Under the pieces are notes generated by a model, which did not search any database, was not told the origin of the DNA, and saw only the letters and a program-made list of their open reading frames with translations. Shown here in pieces: positions 28,785-37,943 of a stretch of DNA of 64,000 bases (positions within the stretch are counted from its first letter, which is position 1; each line of letters begins with the position of its first letter). Source of the stretch: Ostreococcus lucimarinus (Eukaryota); NCBI GenBank assembly GCA_000092065.1, contig CP000593.1; one strand, given 5' to 3'. The translations under genes and the position numbers were made by a program.

Positions 28785-29798
28785 CTATTGATACGTTTCC
28801 ACGAGGGGTATGTGTTCGGCGCCAAACATCGTCTGGAAATCCGTGATGCAATCACCGCGCTTGAGGTGATGTCCCGCACCACTGCTAATTCCAGCGACGC
28901 CAACTCCACCCAACTTAGCCTTGGTGTAATACATCAAACTTGCCGGCACGTACACGGGCGCCTCGCGCGTAATCGAGGAGATTAAAAATTGCATCGCGAT
29001 GTCCTCGCAATTCCCCCCCCCCTTGTCGATGTATTCCCGCACACCGTCGGGTAAATGCTCCTTATACAGTTTTAAATATTTTTGATCCATGAACGCCGCC
29101 TTGGTGAGGATGATACTGTACTTCCCACTCCACCAAAGTTGAAACTCGTTCGCGACGTATCTCCACGAGCACCCGTCGCTCGGCTTCTTCGCCGGCGCAT
29201 AATTCCTCGCGTAATACCCCACCAACGCGTCAGGGTGCTTCTGCCACGCCTTAAATCCTCTATATAAAGTCTCACACGGAATTCTCACGTCCTCATCCAC
29301 GTTAAACACCGCCCTGGTGCGCAAATCATCCAACGGTTCAAATCTATTCTGTATGCTCGTCGATTCCGCGTGCGCGTCGTATCGCACCAATCCCGGCTTC
29401 TTCTTCACAAAGTATCCATCCTCCGCCGTCCCCTCTCGCGGTGCGTCGCGTTTTTCGCTCCACACCACGCGTATCTCCTCCACGCCTCGGCATTTCCCGT
29501 AGTGTCTCAGCGCCGTCTTCAACAAATCCGGTCTTTCAAACGTATTCAGCAGCACCGCGAACCCATCCGCGCGCATCGCCTCGCTCTCTGCCGTCAGCGC
29601 CCGCGCCCGCGCTCGCGCCGCGTCGACGTCCCACTTCCCCGGCGTCTCCTCGCACCGTCCGCTTCGATCGCGGTGCGCGTTGAGCGTCGGCGCGAACGCG
29701 CGAGACGTCGCGCGCGCCAAGTGCGCCATCGCCCAAATCCCCAAAACCGTCCCCGCGACGCGCGCGACGACGCGCGGCGCCCCTCCTCGCGCGCGCAT
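28785..29798 (-). CDS. Glycosyltransferase family 64 (exostosin C-terminal domain-like, type II membrane protein)
   Basis: FAVLLNTFERPDLL…EEIRVVWSEKRDAP and NCEDIAMQFLIS match the GT64 EXT/EXTL core (NCEDIAMNFL). A signal-anchor VVARVAGTVLGIWAMAHLA follows a short basic tail. The ORF is open to 29891; ATG 29798 is chosen to leave a promoter for the divergent RING gene. Confidence 0.8.
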   Translation of the reverse strand: MRARGGAPRVVARVAGTVLGIWAMAHLARATSRAFAPTLNAHRDRSGRCEETPGKWDVDAARARARALTAESEAMRADGFAVLLNTFERPDLLKTALRHYGKCRGVEEIRVVWSEKRDAPREGTAEDGYFVKKKPGLVRYDAHAESTSIQNRFEPLDDLRTRAVFNVDEDVRIPCETLYRGFKAWQKHPDALVGYYARNYAPAKKPSDGCSWRYVANEFQLWWSGKYSIILTKAAFMDQKYLKLYKEHLPDGVREYIDKGGGNCEDIAMQFLISSITREAPVYVPASLMYYTKAKLGGVGVAGISSGAGHHLKRGDCITDFQTMFGAEHIPLVETYQ

Positions 29799-29911
29799 CG
29801 CGTGCGTCGATCCGCGCCGCGCCGCCGCGGACGCGTGCGTCGCCGCGCGCGCGCTCGACGCCGTCGCCATCGCGGACGGGCGAACGCGCATGCGTCACAC
29901 AGTGCCGCGTC

Positions 29912-30676
29912 ATGTCGCGCGCCGACGACGACGCGCGCGCGCGCGCGCTCGACGGCGCGATCGAGGCGTTGGGAAAGCGGTCGACGTTCAGCGACGGCGC
30001 GCGCGCGATCGAGCGCGCGGCGAGGGCGCGAGACGAAGGCGACGCGCGCGTGAGCGTCGCGCTGGCTCGCGCGGGACGGCGCGTCGCGACGACGCTGAAG
30101 AGTCGATACGGCGATGCGCGCGCGGAGGCGTGGGACGTCGGCGTGCGCGCGATCGAGGCGTGTCGCGACGCGGTCGGTGGGAGCGATCGGGAGGCGCTGG
30201 TGGCGGCGTTGGCGACGTTGGCCGAGACGCGCGAGGCGACGGCGACGGCGCCGCGCGAGGACGAGACGGCACCGAAGACGAAGACGAAGACGAAGGACGA
30301 GACGATGGATGAGAACGTCGATGGTGTCGTGAACGAGGCGCTGCGTTTGATTTTAGCCGCGCGCCGACGATCTCTTGAAAGTCTCGTCGACGGTTTAGAA
30401 CGAGACTTTGACGAGAGCGAAGGTTCGCGCGCGGCGGCGTCCACGGTGAGCGTGGAAGCGCTGAGATATCGTAAACCACGCGATGACGAAGTAGGGATGA
30501 AGTGTTCAATTTGTTTCGATTGCTACGCGACGGATGAAGTGGTCGTGGCGATGCCGTGCAGCGCTTCGCACGTGTTTCACGAGCGCTGCGTGAAGGAGTG
30601 GCTGGCGCGAGACGATTCGTGTCCGTTGTGTCGCAGTTCGTTGCCGGTGTGGCTCGGTCGGCCTCAGTATTCGTAG
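29912..30676 (+). CDS. RING-H2 finger protein (putative E3 ubiquitin ligase)
   Basis: The C-terminal CSICFDCYATDEVVVAMPCSASHVFHERCVKEWLARDDSCPLCRSS has C3H2C3 spacing. TGTAA lies about 50 nt after the stop. Confidence 0.8.
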   Translation: MSRADDDARARALDGAIEALGKRSTFSDGARAIERAARARDEGDARVSVALARAGRRVATTLKSRYGDARAEAWDVGVRAIEACRDAVGGSDREALVAALATLAETREATATAPREDETAPKTKTKTKDETMDENVDGVVNEALRLILAARRRSLESLVDGLERDFDESEGSRAAASTVSVEALRYRKPRDDEVGMKCSICFDCYATDEVVVAMPCSASHVFHERCVKEWLARDDSCPLCRSSLPVWLGRPQYS

Positions 30677-30726
30677 TCTTTAGTATTCGTAGTCGGTATT
30701 TGTAGATTCGTTGTGATGTTATTGCA

Positions 30727-30731
30727 TGTAA
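30727..30731 (+). promoter_or_regulatory. TGTAA putative poly(A) signal after the RING gene
   Basis: The sequence attgcaTGTAAaagtag. Confidence 0.35.
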
Positions 30732-30748
30732 AAGTAGTTGGAACTAGT

Positions 30749-31630
30749 CTAGGCGCCCGCCGTGGCCGTGGCGGCGTACCCAACGCGGAATGTCTTCACC
30801 GCCTGAGCCGCTTCGTCCTCGGAACGGAAATAACCCAACTGTTTCGATTTACCCTCAACCTTAACTTCGGCACGCCATTTGACAGTCTTCTTACCGCTCT
30901 TCCAGGTGTGTTCGTACTTGCGTACACCCTCGTGCTTGCTCGTACAACGGGATCGAGAGGTACCTTGTCTTCGAATCTTGATGTGTAAGCTCGCTCTATA
31001 TTTGTCTAAATCACCCGCAAAATGGTCTAAATGCGCGAGTTGGTACTCCTGCCGATCGAAGTTCGTCACGGCCAATCCGCCGAGACACACTATAGCCGCT
31101 TGATCGTACGTCCTCGCGGCGTCCTCCTCCTTTGCGTGCACTCCCAAGCTAAACTTTTTACCGTTGTGTTCAATCTCGCTCCGATATCGTCCCGTTCGCG
31201 AGCACCGGTGCACGCCTCTATACACGCTCATACTCTTCGACTTATCCGGCGCCCTATCGCTCGTCATCCTTCGCAACGCTTGTATGTTCCCGTTCAACTT
31301 TGAGAGCTCGTCCAACTCAAATTCATACCGATTCGACGTCGCGAAATTCTTCGGTTGCCTCCCGAGCACGATGCTCGCCCGGTCGAACGCCATCGCCGCC
31401 GCCTCGACGTCGCTAAACACGCCCAGCCCGTACGTCTTGCCCTCGCTATTGATCATCGCGCGGTATTTTCCATTTTTCCACTTGTACACGCCTCGGTACT
31501 TGCCGAGCGATTCGCCGCTCACTTCCTTTGTTTTCTTCGCGCGCGGTTGCGTGCCGGGCAAGCCATCGACCGCGTGCGCGCTTTCGCTCGTCGGCGTTCG
31601 CGCGCGGCTCGCTCGGAGCGCGGTCGGCAT
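30749..31630 (-). CDS. AP2/ERF-domain transcription factor with three AP2 domains
   Basis: The three AP2 domains are YRGVYKWKNGKYRAMI…GKTYGLGVFSDVEAAAMAFDRASIVLG, YRGVHRCSRTGRYRSEI…GKKFSLGVHAKEEDAARTYDQAAIVCLG and HEGVRKYEHTWKSGKKTVKWRAEVKV…QLGYFRSEDEAAQAVKT. Confidence 0.85.
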   Translation of the reverse strand: MPTALRASRARTPTSESAHAVDGLPGTQPRAKKTKEVSGESLGKYRGVYKWKNGKYRAMINSEGKTYGLGVFSDVEAAAMAFDRASIVLGRQPKNFATSNRYEFELDELSKLNGNIQALRRMTSDRAPDKSKSMSVYRGVHRCSRTGRYRSEIEHNGKKFSLGVHAKEEDAARTYDQAAIVCLGGLAVTNFDRQEYQLAHLDHFAGDLDKYRASLHIKIRRQGTSRSRCTSKHEGVRKYEHTWKSGKKTVKWRAEVKVEGKSKQLGYFRSEDEAAQAVKTFRVGYAATATAGA

Positions 31631-31807
31631 CGCGCACGAGTCGCGATTTGACCGATTGCGAATGCGCGATTCGAAAGAATTGCCCGGTGACTGTCCCCGC
31701 CGGGACGCGCGCGGGTAAAGTCTGTCGGCGATCGAGACGCGTGGGAGGGGTCGTGGAATTGTGCGCTAGCGGTAAATGAGATATACAATGAACGATTCGC
31801 GCGCGAG

Positions 31808-33862
31808 TTAGGCGTCGTTGACGTCTTCGTCGTCGGAATTCATGGCTTCGCGAACGCTGCGCAGGGCGAGCGCGGCGGCGCACAGGGCGAGCGAGACGCC
31901 CAGAGACGCGGCAAAGTTGGATGACTCCAACGCGTCGTCGGATTCGCGCACGGATTTGTGCCTGGAGTGACGCGATGGATGCACGAGGCGAGACGAAGCG
32001 GTCGGTGGTGGTGCCGCGCGCGGGACGTCGGTGACGCGGACGGAGAGCTCGTATTTGGGCTCTCTAGCGCGATCGATCGCGGGAAGGCGGTCGAGCAAAG
32101 ACCGCGAAGGGACGTACAGGACCTGGCCGGGGTCAATCTTGAGGAAGTGGCTCTCTGGATGCGGACGCAAGTTGTTGTAGCGCGCGAGATCCATGACGCT
32201 GATGCCAGCGATGCTGGCGATGTCGAACAGATTGTCCTCCGGCTGCACGACGACGCGCAGCGGCTTGGCGAGCAACTCGCCATCCGCCTCGCGAGAAAGC
32301 TTCGCCGCGCGCTCCACTTGTTTACTCAGCTCGTGGTGCCGCTCAATCTGTGCAGCGCTGTACTCGTCATCTCTCATAATCGCACGTCCGCTCGAACCAG
32401 GGTTTAAAAACGTCTTCAGTCGACTTTTTTGCGTCGCGCTCCTGTCGTGACGGAGGAGCGGAGATACGAGTCTACTCGTGCTCGCGATTCCACCAGCCAA
32501 AATACCGCGCGCGCCGGTGACACCATCCTCGACGCGTGTTTTTAAGCCCTTAGCGTGATGGACCAAGCTCGCACGCGCACCGCGTATGGTGTCGACGCCG
32601 CCTTCGGTGGACGAGTGCAGCTTGGCGACGACGACGCGTTGACGCTCCGCGAACGCTTCAACGAAGCCATCCACGCGTGGCTTCACCGCTTGCACCATTG
32701 GCCAACTTCCAACGGCATCCTCAAACCCTTTTAACTTTTCTTTAACCTTTTTAGACGTTTCTTCGCTCACGAGGCTTCGCAAAGGATCGACGCGCCTTTT
32801 CAGTTTCCCATCCTCCGTCGCGACCGACTTCTTCCGCCGCGGCTTCGCGTCGCCATTGGTCTTCGTCACATCGACCGACTTCTTCTTCGCGTTTTTCGAC
32901 TTCGACCCGGACGCTTCGCCACTCTTTTTCGACTTCGTCCCGTCCCCGCCTGGTTTATTTCGGTCATCGAAGAAAGATTTCACGCTCGCCAGCGCGGCCA
33001 GCTTGGCGTCGTCGAGCCCTCGCAACGCCTCTTTCGTCTTCTCCTTCGCCAACGAGGCCACCGACGACGGTTCAGACGCCTTCGACGCCTCCCCACGCGC
33101 TTCTTTGCGGTCGTTCCCGCCCTTGGCGATCGTCATCGTCTTCATCTTGACCTCGCGCGCGATTCTCGCGCTCGCCTCCCCCGCCGTCGACATCGTCCGT
33201 TCGCCCGCGCGTCGCGCCGCCCCCGCCCCCGCCCCCACCACGCGCACCGTCAGCGCGCACGACGCGAACATCGTCGCAAAGAATACATCCGCGAACGTCC
33301 GCACCTCGCACCTCGCGCCCTTCACCACCGATCGCACTCCCGGCGGCAGCTTATTCTCCACGCTCCGCACGTACACGTTTCCGCACACCGCCAACCCCGC
33401 CGTCGCGCTCTCCCTCGCCGCGTCCACGATCGACCCCCCCGTCGCTCCCACGCCGCCATCGCCTTCCCTCCCGCGCGTTTTCCCGCGCTCGTTCGCTTTC
33501 CTTCGCCCCTCGTCGTCGTTTTCCTTCGCCTCGTTCGTCCCGCGCGTCGCCTCGTCCCCGCGCGTCCGCGTCTTCGTCCCCTCCTCGTCCGCGCGCGTCG
33601 GCGGGAACAGTCGCGCGTCCGTTCGTTCGTCGTCACCGTCGGTCGCTCGCGCGTTCGTCGTCTCGTCGTCTGCGCCGTCGCGCGCGTCGTCGCTCGACCG
33701 TCGTCGTCGTTGATTTCGAACGCCATCGTCGTGATTGCGATGATTATTCGTCCCTCTCGCGTCCGCGCGCGCGCGCGACGCGCCCGCGCGCCGCGCGTCG
33801 TCGCCGTCGTCGCCGTCGTCGCGCCCTCGGCCGTCGTCGCCGTCGTCGCCGTCGCTCGACAT
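31808..33862 (-). CDS. LysM-domain protein with a long K/E/S/A-rich disordered N-terminal region
   Basis: The C-terminal VVVQPEDNLFDIASIAGISVMDLARYNNLRPHPESHFLKIDPGQVLYVP fits the LysM consensus. ATG at 33862 (MSSDGDDGDD…); the true start could be internal. A hydrophobic segment FFATMFASCALTVRVVGAG lies mid-protein. Confidence 0.5.
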   Translation of the reverse strand: MSSDGDDGDDGRGRDDGDDGDDARRAGASRARADARGTNNHRNHDDGVRNQRRRRSSDDARDGADDETTNARATDGDDERTDARLFPPTRADEEGTKTRTRGDEATRGTNEAKENDDEGRRKANERGKTRGREGDGGVGATGGSIVDAARESATAGLAVCGNVYVRSVENKLPPGVRSVVKGARCEVRTFADVFFATMFASCALTVRVVGAGAGAARRAGERTMSTAGEASARIAREVKMKTMTIAKGGNDRKEARGEASKASEPSSVASLAKEKTKEALRGLDDAKLAALASVKSFFDDRNKPGGDGTKSKKSGEASGSKSKNAKKKSVDVTKTNGDAKPRRKKSVATEDGKLKRRVDPLRSLVSEETSKKVKEKLKGFEDAVGSWPMVQAVKPRVDGFVEAFAERQRVVVAKLHSSTEGGVDTIRGARASLVHHAKGLKTRVEDGVTGARGILAGGIASTSRLVSPLLRHDRSATQKSRLKTFLNPGSSGRAIMRDDEYSAAQIERHHELSKQVERAAKLSREADGELLAKPLRVVVQPEDNLFDIASIAGISVMDLARYNNLRPHPESHFLKIDPGQVLYVPSRSLLDRLPAIDRAREPKYELSVRVTDVPRAAPPPTASSRLVHPSRHSRHKSVRESDDALESSNFAASLGVSLALCAAALALRSVREAMNSDDEDVNDA

Positions 33863-34125
33863 CGCGCGCGGCGCTGTGGCGACGCGCGCGTCGACCGACC
33901 GCGAACGAACGGTCGGGCGTCACGTCGACGCGCGCCATGGCGCCCGCGCGCTCGAACGCGCGCGACGTCGAGTCGCAGGAATCGTGCGCGGCGACGCACT
34001 GCGCCGGGAACGGGCACCCCGCGGTCGCGGCGCTCGTCGCGCCGTTCGTCCTCGCGTGGAACGCGATCGATGCGTATCTGACGCCGTGCCTCGGCGCGTA
34101 CGCGCGGCTGGGCGCGCGCGGCGCG

Positions 34126-35361
34126 ATGGGATCGCTGTGCTGTTGCCTGCTGGAATGCTTTCGGTACGAGGATAAGGTCTGGGCGGGCGACGCGGCGCTC
34201 GGGGTGGATTGCGAATTTCGCGGGTGCGATTGGGCGCGCGTCGACGACCTGAGCGCGGGGAGCGAGGACAAGCCGATGGTGCTGTATCAGGGAATCATCG
34301 AACCTCGGGACTGCGTGCAGGGCCAGCTCGGGGATTGTTGGTTGGTGAGCGCGCTGGCGTGCCTGGCGGAACACCCGGGAGCGATCAAACGGTTGATATT
34401 GAACGGGGAAAAGTCGCTTCGCGGCAAGTATCGCGTGCGGTTTTACGACGGCAAGGAGAAGAGGTGGGTCACCGTGACGGTGGACGATCTCATTCCTTGT
34501 TACAAGGGGACGAAGAATCCGATATTTATGCAACCGCACAACAACGAGTTTTGGCCTTTGATCGTGGAGAAGGCGATGGCTAAGTTTATGGGGAGCTACG
34601 CCGCGCTGGACGGCGGGTTCGGCACGTGGGCCACGCACGCGCTCACGGGCGATAACGTCTTCTTGCTCAAGAAGCGCATGGACGTCGAACGCACGTGGCG
34701 GCGACACAACATGAAGTTTATCGGTAAGCCCGGTGACGGCGGTAAGAAGGATCGCATCTATCACGAAGAAGTCGAGGAAAACATCGTGCGCGATAAATTG
34801 TTCAACATCCTGACCCAGTACGACAGCATCAAGTCCCTGATCGCCGTGTCGAGGATGACTAAAAATGGCGAGAGCAAAGACGAAACCACCGGCTTGGTGT
34901 CCGGTCACTTGTTCTCCGTCATCTCCGTGCGTTGGGCTGGACGCTCTTGGGGCGTCGGTGGAAAGCGTTTCATCAAGCTTCGCAATCCGTGGTCGACGTT
35001 TGAATGGAAGGGCGCTTGGGCTGATGGATCGAAAGAATGGGACAAACACCCGGCCATCGCGAAGGAGCTCGCGTACGTGAACGATCATCACGACGGCGTG
35101 TTTTGGATGGAGTTTGACGATTTTTGCGAGTACTTCAACCAAATCGCGGTGTGTGACCGAACGACAAAGCGCGACTTTTCGCTCCGGTACGATCACGACA
35201 ATAAATATTGTGGTCCATTGATGGGCTGCGTGAGCGGTTGTGCGTGCTTCTGGTGCGGATGCCAAGGTCCGTACAAACTTTATTGCGGACACCAATCGAC
35301 GACCGAAACGCGTCAGGCGACCAAGTGCTGCGGCACGATGAAAGTCGCGAACGACGCGTGA
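34126..35361 (+). CDS. Calpain-type cysteine protease (catalytic core), N-terminally acylatable
   Basis: The catalytic motifs are QGQLGDCWLVSALA (Cys), SGHLFSV (His) and LRNPWSTFEWKG (Asn). The start is taken at ATG 34126 (MGSLCCCLLECF…, a myristoylation/palmitoylation-like N-terminus) rather than the upstream GTG-initiated ORF at 33937. Confidence 0.85.
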   Translation: MGSLCCCLLECFRYEDKVWAGDAALGVDCEFRGCDWARVDDLSAGSEDKPMVLYQGIIEPRDCVQGQLGDCWLVSALACLAEHPGAIKRLILNGEKSLRGKYRVRFYDGKEKRWVTVTVDDLIPCYKGTKNPIFMQPHNNEFWPLIVEKAMAKFMGSYAALDGGFGTWATHALTGDNVFLLKKRMDVERTWRRHNMKFIGKPGDGGKKDRIYHEEVEENIVRDKLFNILTQYDSIKSLIAVSRMTKNGESKDETTGLVSGHLFSVISVRWAGRSWGVGGKRFIKLRNPWSTFEWKGAWADGSKEWDKHPAIAKELAYVNDHHDGVFWMEFDDFCEYFNQIAVCDRTTKRDFSLRYDHDNKYCGPLMGCVSGCACFWCGCQGPYKLYCGHQSTTETRQATKCCGTMKVANDA

Positions 35362-35393
35362 ATAAATTAACGACTACTTTACGCGAGTCGGCT

Positions 35394-35398
35394 TGTAA
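35394..35398 (+). promoter_or_regulatory. TGTAA putative poly(A) signal after the calpain gene
   Basis: The sequence gcTTGTAAtgaatttgag lies about 33 nt after the stop. Confidence 0.35.
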
Positions 35399-35691
35399 TG
35401 AATTTGAGAGCTCTGTCTCCGCGTTTCGCGACACTCCGTGCGTTATTTAAGCCACTATCGACAGAAGGTCGCCGGAAACGGGGCACATGACCATTTTGAA
35501 AATGTCCCACCTCACTTCGACGATGCCGCGCACGCCTCGAAGGCGATGGCCCAGCGCTGTCTCCCGCGAGCAACTGTAATAAAGTAATCACGTGCGTCCA
35601 CAAAGTATTCATTCGTGTTGTTATTTCAATTCAAATGGCGTGTTTTTGCGTCGCTGGTGGTTTTTACTAGGACGAGGGAGAAGAGAAACGC

Positions 35692-37635
35692 TTACGGGAG
35701 CGTGTACTTGCCAGGCTTGTCGAAGACGTACTCGGCCGTTTCGTTTTTCTTCACGACGAATCCCGCGAGCGCGTCGACTTCGGGCGCACCTTTGCCGGTC
35801 GGCTTCCACTGCCAACCCTTGTTCGTCACTTTCAAACCATCGACGATGACTTCCGCGCCCTCGCACGCCTTGATGACGAGCGCACCATCCACTTCGACGT
35901 TTTTCAAATTGACGCCAGAGCCTTCGACGACGAGCGCGCTCTTCGCGCCCAACTTGACGGCGCCGACTTTCGACTTGAGTTCATCAAAAGATGTGGCGAC
36001 ATCCGGACCGAGCACAACACGTGGACCCATGGGAAGCTTCATACCGTTGAATTCAGCGTCGACGGCGGCGGCGGGGACGTCGGCACCGGCCAAACGCAAC
36101 AAGTTTGCGCACGATTCGTAAAACTCAAACTCGCCGCTCGTCGCCGTGTGCGTCGGGCCGTTAGATTTGAACTTGGCCAAACCGTCCGCCGGAGAGTTCT
36201 TCACCGGGCTGTAGCCAATCCAGTTCGCAAAGACGGTGAAACCAACCTTAGCCTTCGATCCGAGGCTCTTGGGATAGTCTTGCATCATGCACTCCAATCG
36301 CGTCGGCGATTTGAAAGCCGTCTTTGTCTCATCCTTGTACTTGGGATTGACGAATTCTTCGATCGCGCCGCCAGTCTTCTTGAGTTGTTTTGCGTACTCT
36401 GGAAGACTCACGATGAGCTGATTGATGTTACCCGGGAATGGGGAGAAGCCCGTGGCATCGTTGACGTCGCCTTCGGGATTCGTAGTGGCTCGCAAAAGCG
36501 GATCGAGCTGGTTGTATTCGACGTTGATGGTCATCTTGCGTCCATCCTCGTGAGTTAGCAACGAAATCGCACCGACCGCTTCCTTGGCTTTTCGCGGAAC
36601 GCACAAAGAATTGAACTCAAGATTCATCGTCTTCGACACCCCGAGCGCACCAGGGATGACGCGGAACACGAGCGAGTTCGTGTCTTGAAAGAAGACGACC
36701 CACTTCTTGCCTTGGCTCATCCACTTTGATAACAACCCGCTCGTGTGCAGGAGAGAGTGCACGTCACCGTGGCCGTGCGGCTTGAGCGCGAGCTTGTAAG
36801 GATCGTCGTCTTTCACCGCCAAACGTGCATCGTTATCCATCAAGCACGGCACCTTTTCTTGCTTCATGAGCGTGATTTGATCGCGAGACGCGCCAAAGTA
36901 ATCGTTGCGTTCGAGCAAATCGAGCGTCAGCGCGTGCGTGTCCTCCGACGTCATGATCGCCAACGGAATCTTCGTGGACGATTTCGCCTTCGCGCCGCCA
37001 CCGCCGAAGCACCCGCACCCACCCGCGTTCGTCGCACCCTCCGCACCCTCCGCGCGTTTCTCCATCGCCAAGATATTCTTCACGTACAACTCCAAATAGC
37101 ACGCGTTCGTCGCCCGCTCCACCGGCAGCGCGACCTTGATCCCCGAGTACCCCAATCGCTCTCCCAACCCCCCCGCGACGAGCACGAAGCACGTCTCCGC
37201 CGTCTCCCGCATCCCAATCTTCTCCAGAATCTCGTGCGCCGCCGATCCGTACTCCACCGTCTTCCCCGTGGGCACGCTCGGCGTCCATCCCTCGAACGGA
37301 TTCTTCCCCTCCTTCGACGCCCTCAGCAGCTCGCGCGCGTTCGACACGTACTTCGCCACCCCCCCCGGGTACCCCCGATCCGCCCGTCGCACTTCCTCGA
37401 CGAACGCGCGCTTCCTCTCGTCGTCCACGCCCGGCGCCGGCCAATCCGCGATCAGATGCGCTTGTCCCAGCGCGATCGTTTCGCGCAGCGTCCGCGCGTC
37501 GTCCGTCGTCAGCGCGCCGCGCGCGACGTGCGCGTCGACGACGGCCGTCGCGCTCGCGCGCGCGTCGTCCATCGCGGCCATCGCGCGCGTCGTCGTCCGT
37601 CGTCGCGCGGCGTCGGCGCGCGCGCGCGCGTTCAT
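35692..37635 (-). CDS. USP: UDP-sugar pyrophosphorylase (plant USP type)
   Basis: About 648 aa. Conserved UDPGP-family blocks include LVAGGLGERLG, MKQEKVPCLMDNDARLAVK…KPHGHGDVHSLLHTSGLL and FFQDTNSL, and overall co-linearity with plant USP. The ORF-track start (TTG 37719) lies inside the promoter repeat, so ATG 37635 is used. Confidence 0.85.
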   Translation of the reverse strand: MNARARADAARRRTTTRAMAAMDDARASATAVVDAHVARGALTTDDARTLRETIALGQAHLIADWPAPGVDDERKRAFVEEVRRADRGYPGGVAKYVSNARELLRASKEGKNPFEGWTPSVPTGKTVEYGSAAHEILEKIGMRETAETCFVLVAGGLGERLGYSGIKVALPVERATNACYLELYVKNILAMEKRAEGAEGATNAGGCGCFGGGGAKAKSSTKIPLAIMTSEDTHALTLDLLERNDYFGASRDQITLMKQEKVPCLMDNDARLAVKDDDPYKLALKPHGHGDVHSLLHTSGLLSKWMSQGKKWVVFFQDTNSLVFRVIPGALGVSKTMNLEFNSLCVPRKAKEAVGAISLLTHEDGRKMTINVEYNQLDPLLRATTNPEGDVNDATGFSPFPGNINQLIVSLPEYAKQLKKTGGAIEEFVNPKYKDETKTAFKSPTRLECMMQDYPKSLGSKAKVGFTVFANWIGYSPVKNSPADGLAKFKSNGPTHTATSGEFEFYESCANLLRLAGADVPAAAVDAEFNGMKLPMGPRVVLGPDVATSFDELKSKVGAVKLGAKSALVVEGSGVNLKNVEVDGALVIKACEGAEVIVDGLKVTNKGWQWKPTGKGAPEVDALAGFVVKKNETAEYVFDKPGKYTLP

Positions 37636-37691
37636 TTCCGACACGTATGGGTAAACAGTCACAAGATTTCCGACACGTATGGGTAAACAGT
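37635..37691. repeat. Tandem direct repeat of 25 bp (TTTCCGACACGTATGGGTAAACAGT) x2 with a 7-bp spacer, in the bidirectional USP/primase promoter
   Basis: Copies at 37635-37659 and 37667-37691 are identical. Each contains an ACGT core (ACACGTAT) and an ATG that spuriously opens ORFs 37647 and 37679. Confidence 0.85.
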
Positions 37692-37733
37692 GCGAAGACA
37701 CACACGGGAGGATTTTCAAACGCCGCGACAGGT

Positions 37734-37744
37734 GGCGCGAAAAA
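37734..37744 (-). promoter_or_regulatory. E2F-type site (TTTTCGCGCC on the minus strand) about 200 bp upstream of the DNA primase start
   Basis: The plus strand reads ggtGGCGCGAAAAAttta, which is the reverse complement of TTTTTCGCGCC. Confidence 0.4.
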
Positions 37745-37943
37745 TTTAAAATTCCAGCGACGACCGCGCGACTGCGCGACGCGCGGCGCGACGCGACGCG
37801 ACGCGGGAGACGCGCGCGCGCGGCGAAGCTTTCGAGGCGTCGGACGCGCGAACGAACGCGAGAACAAACGCGAGACGACGCGAGAGACGACGCGGGAGAC
37901 GCGCCGACGCGGTGACGATCGACGCGGTGACGATCGACAAAGG

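Noticed and set aside
33322-35295. 657-aa minus-strand ORF antisense to the calpain gene (with similar long antisense or out-of-frame ORFs at 36833-38017, 24054-25043, 24289-26049, 26564-27655, 29536-30444, 42446-43487, 52798-53364 and others)
   Set aside because: Translations are dominated by Arg/Ala/Ser/Pro/Gly runs (RRRARRAR…, PRPRPRP…) with no recognisable domains. They lie opposite or out of frame to genes with strong homology. Long stop-free antisense frames are expected in ~65% GC coding DNA because stop codons are AT-rich.
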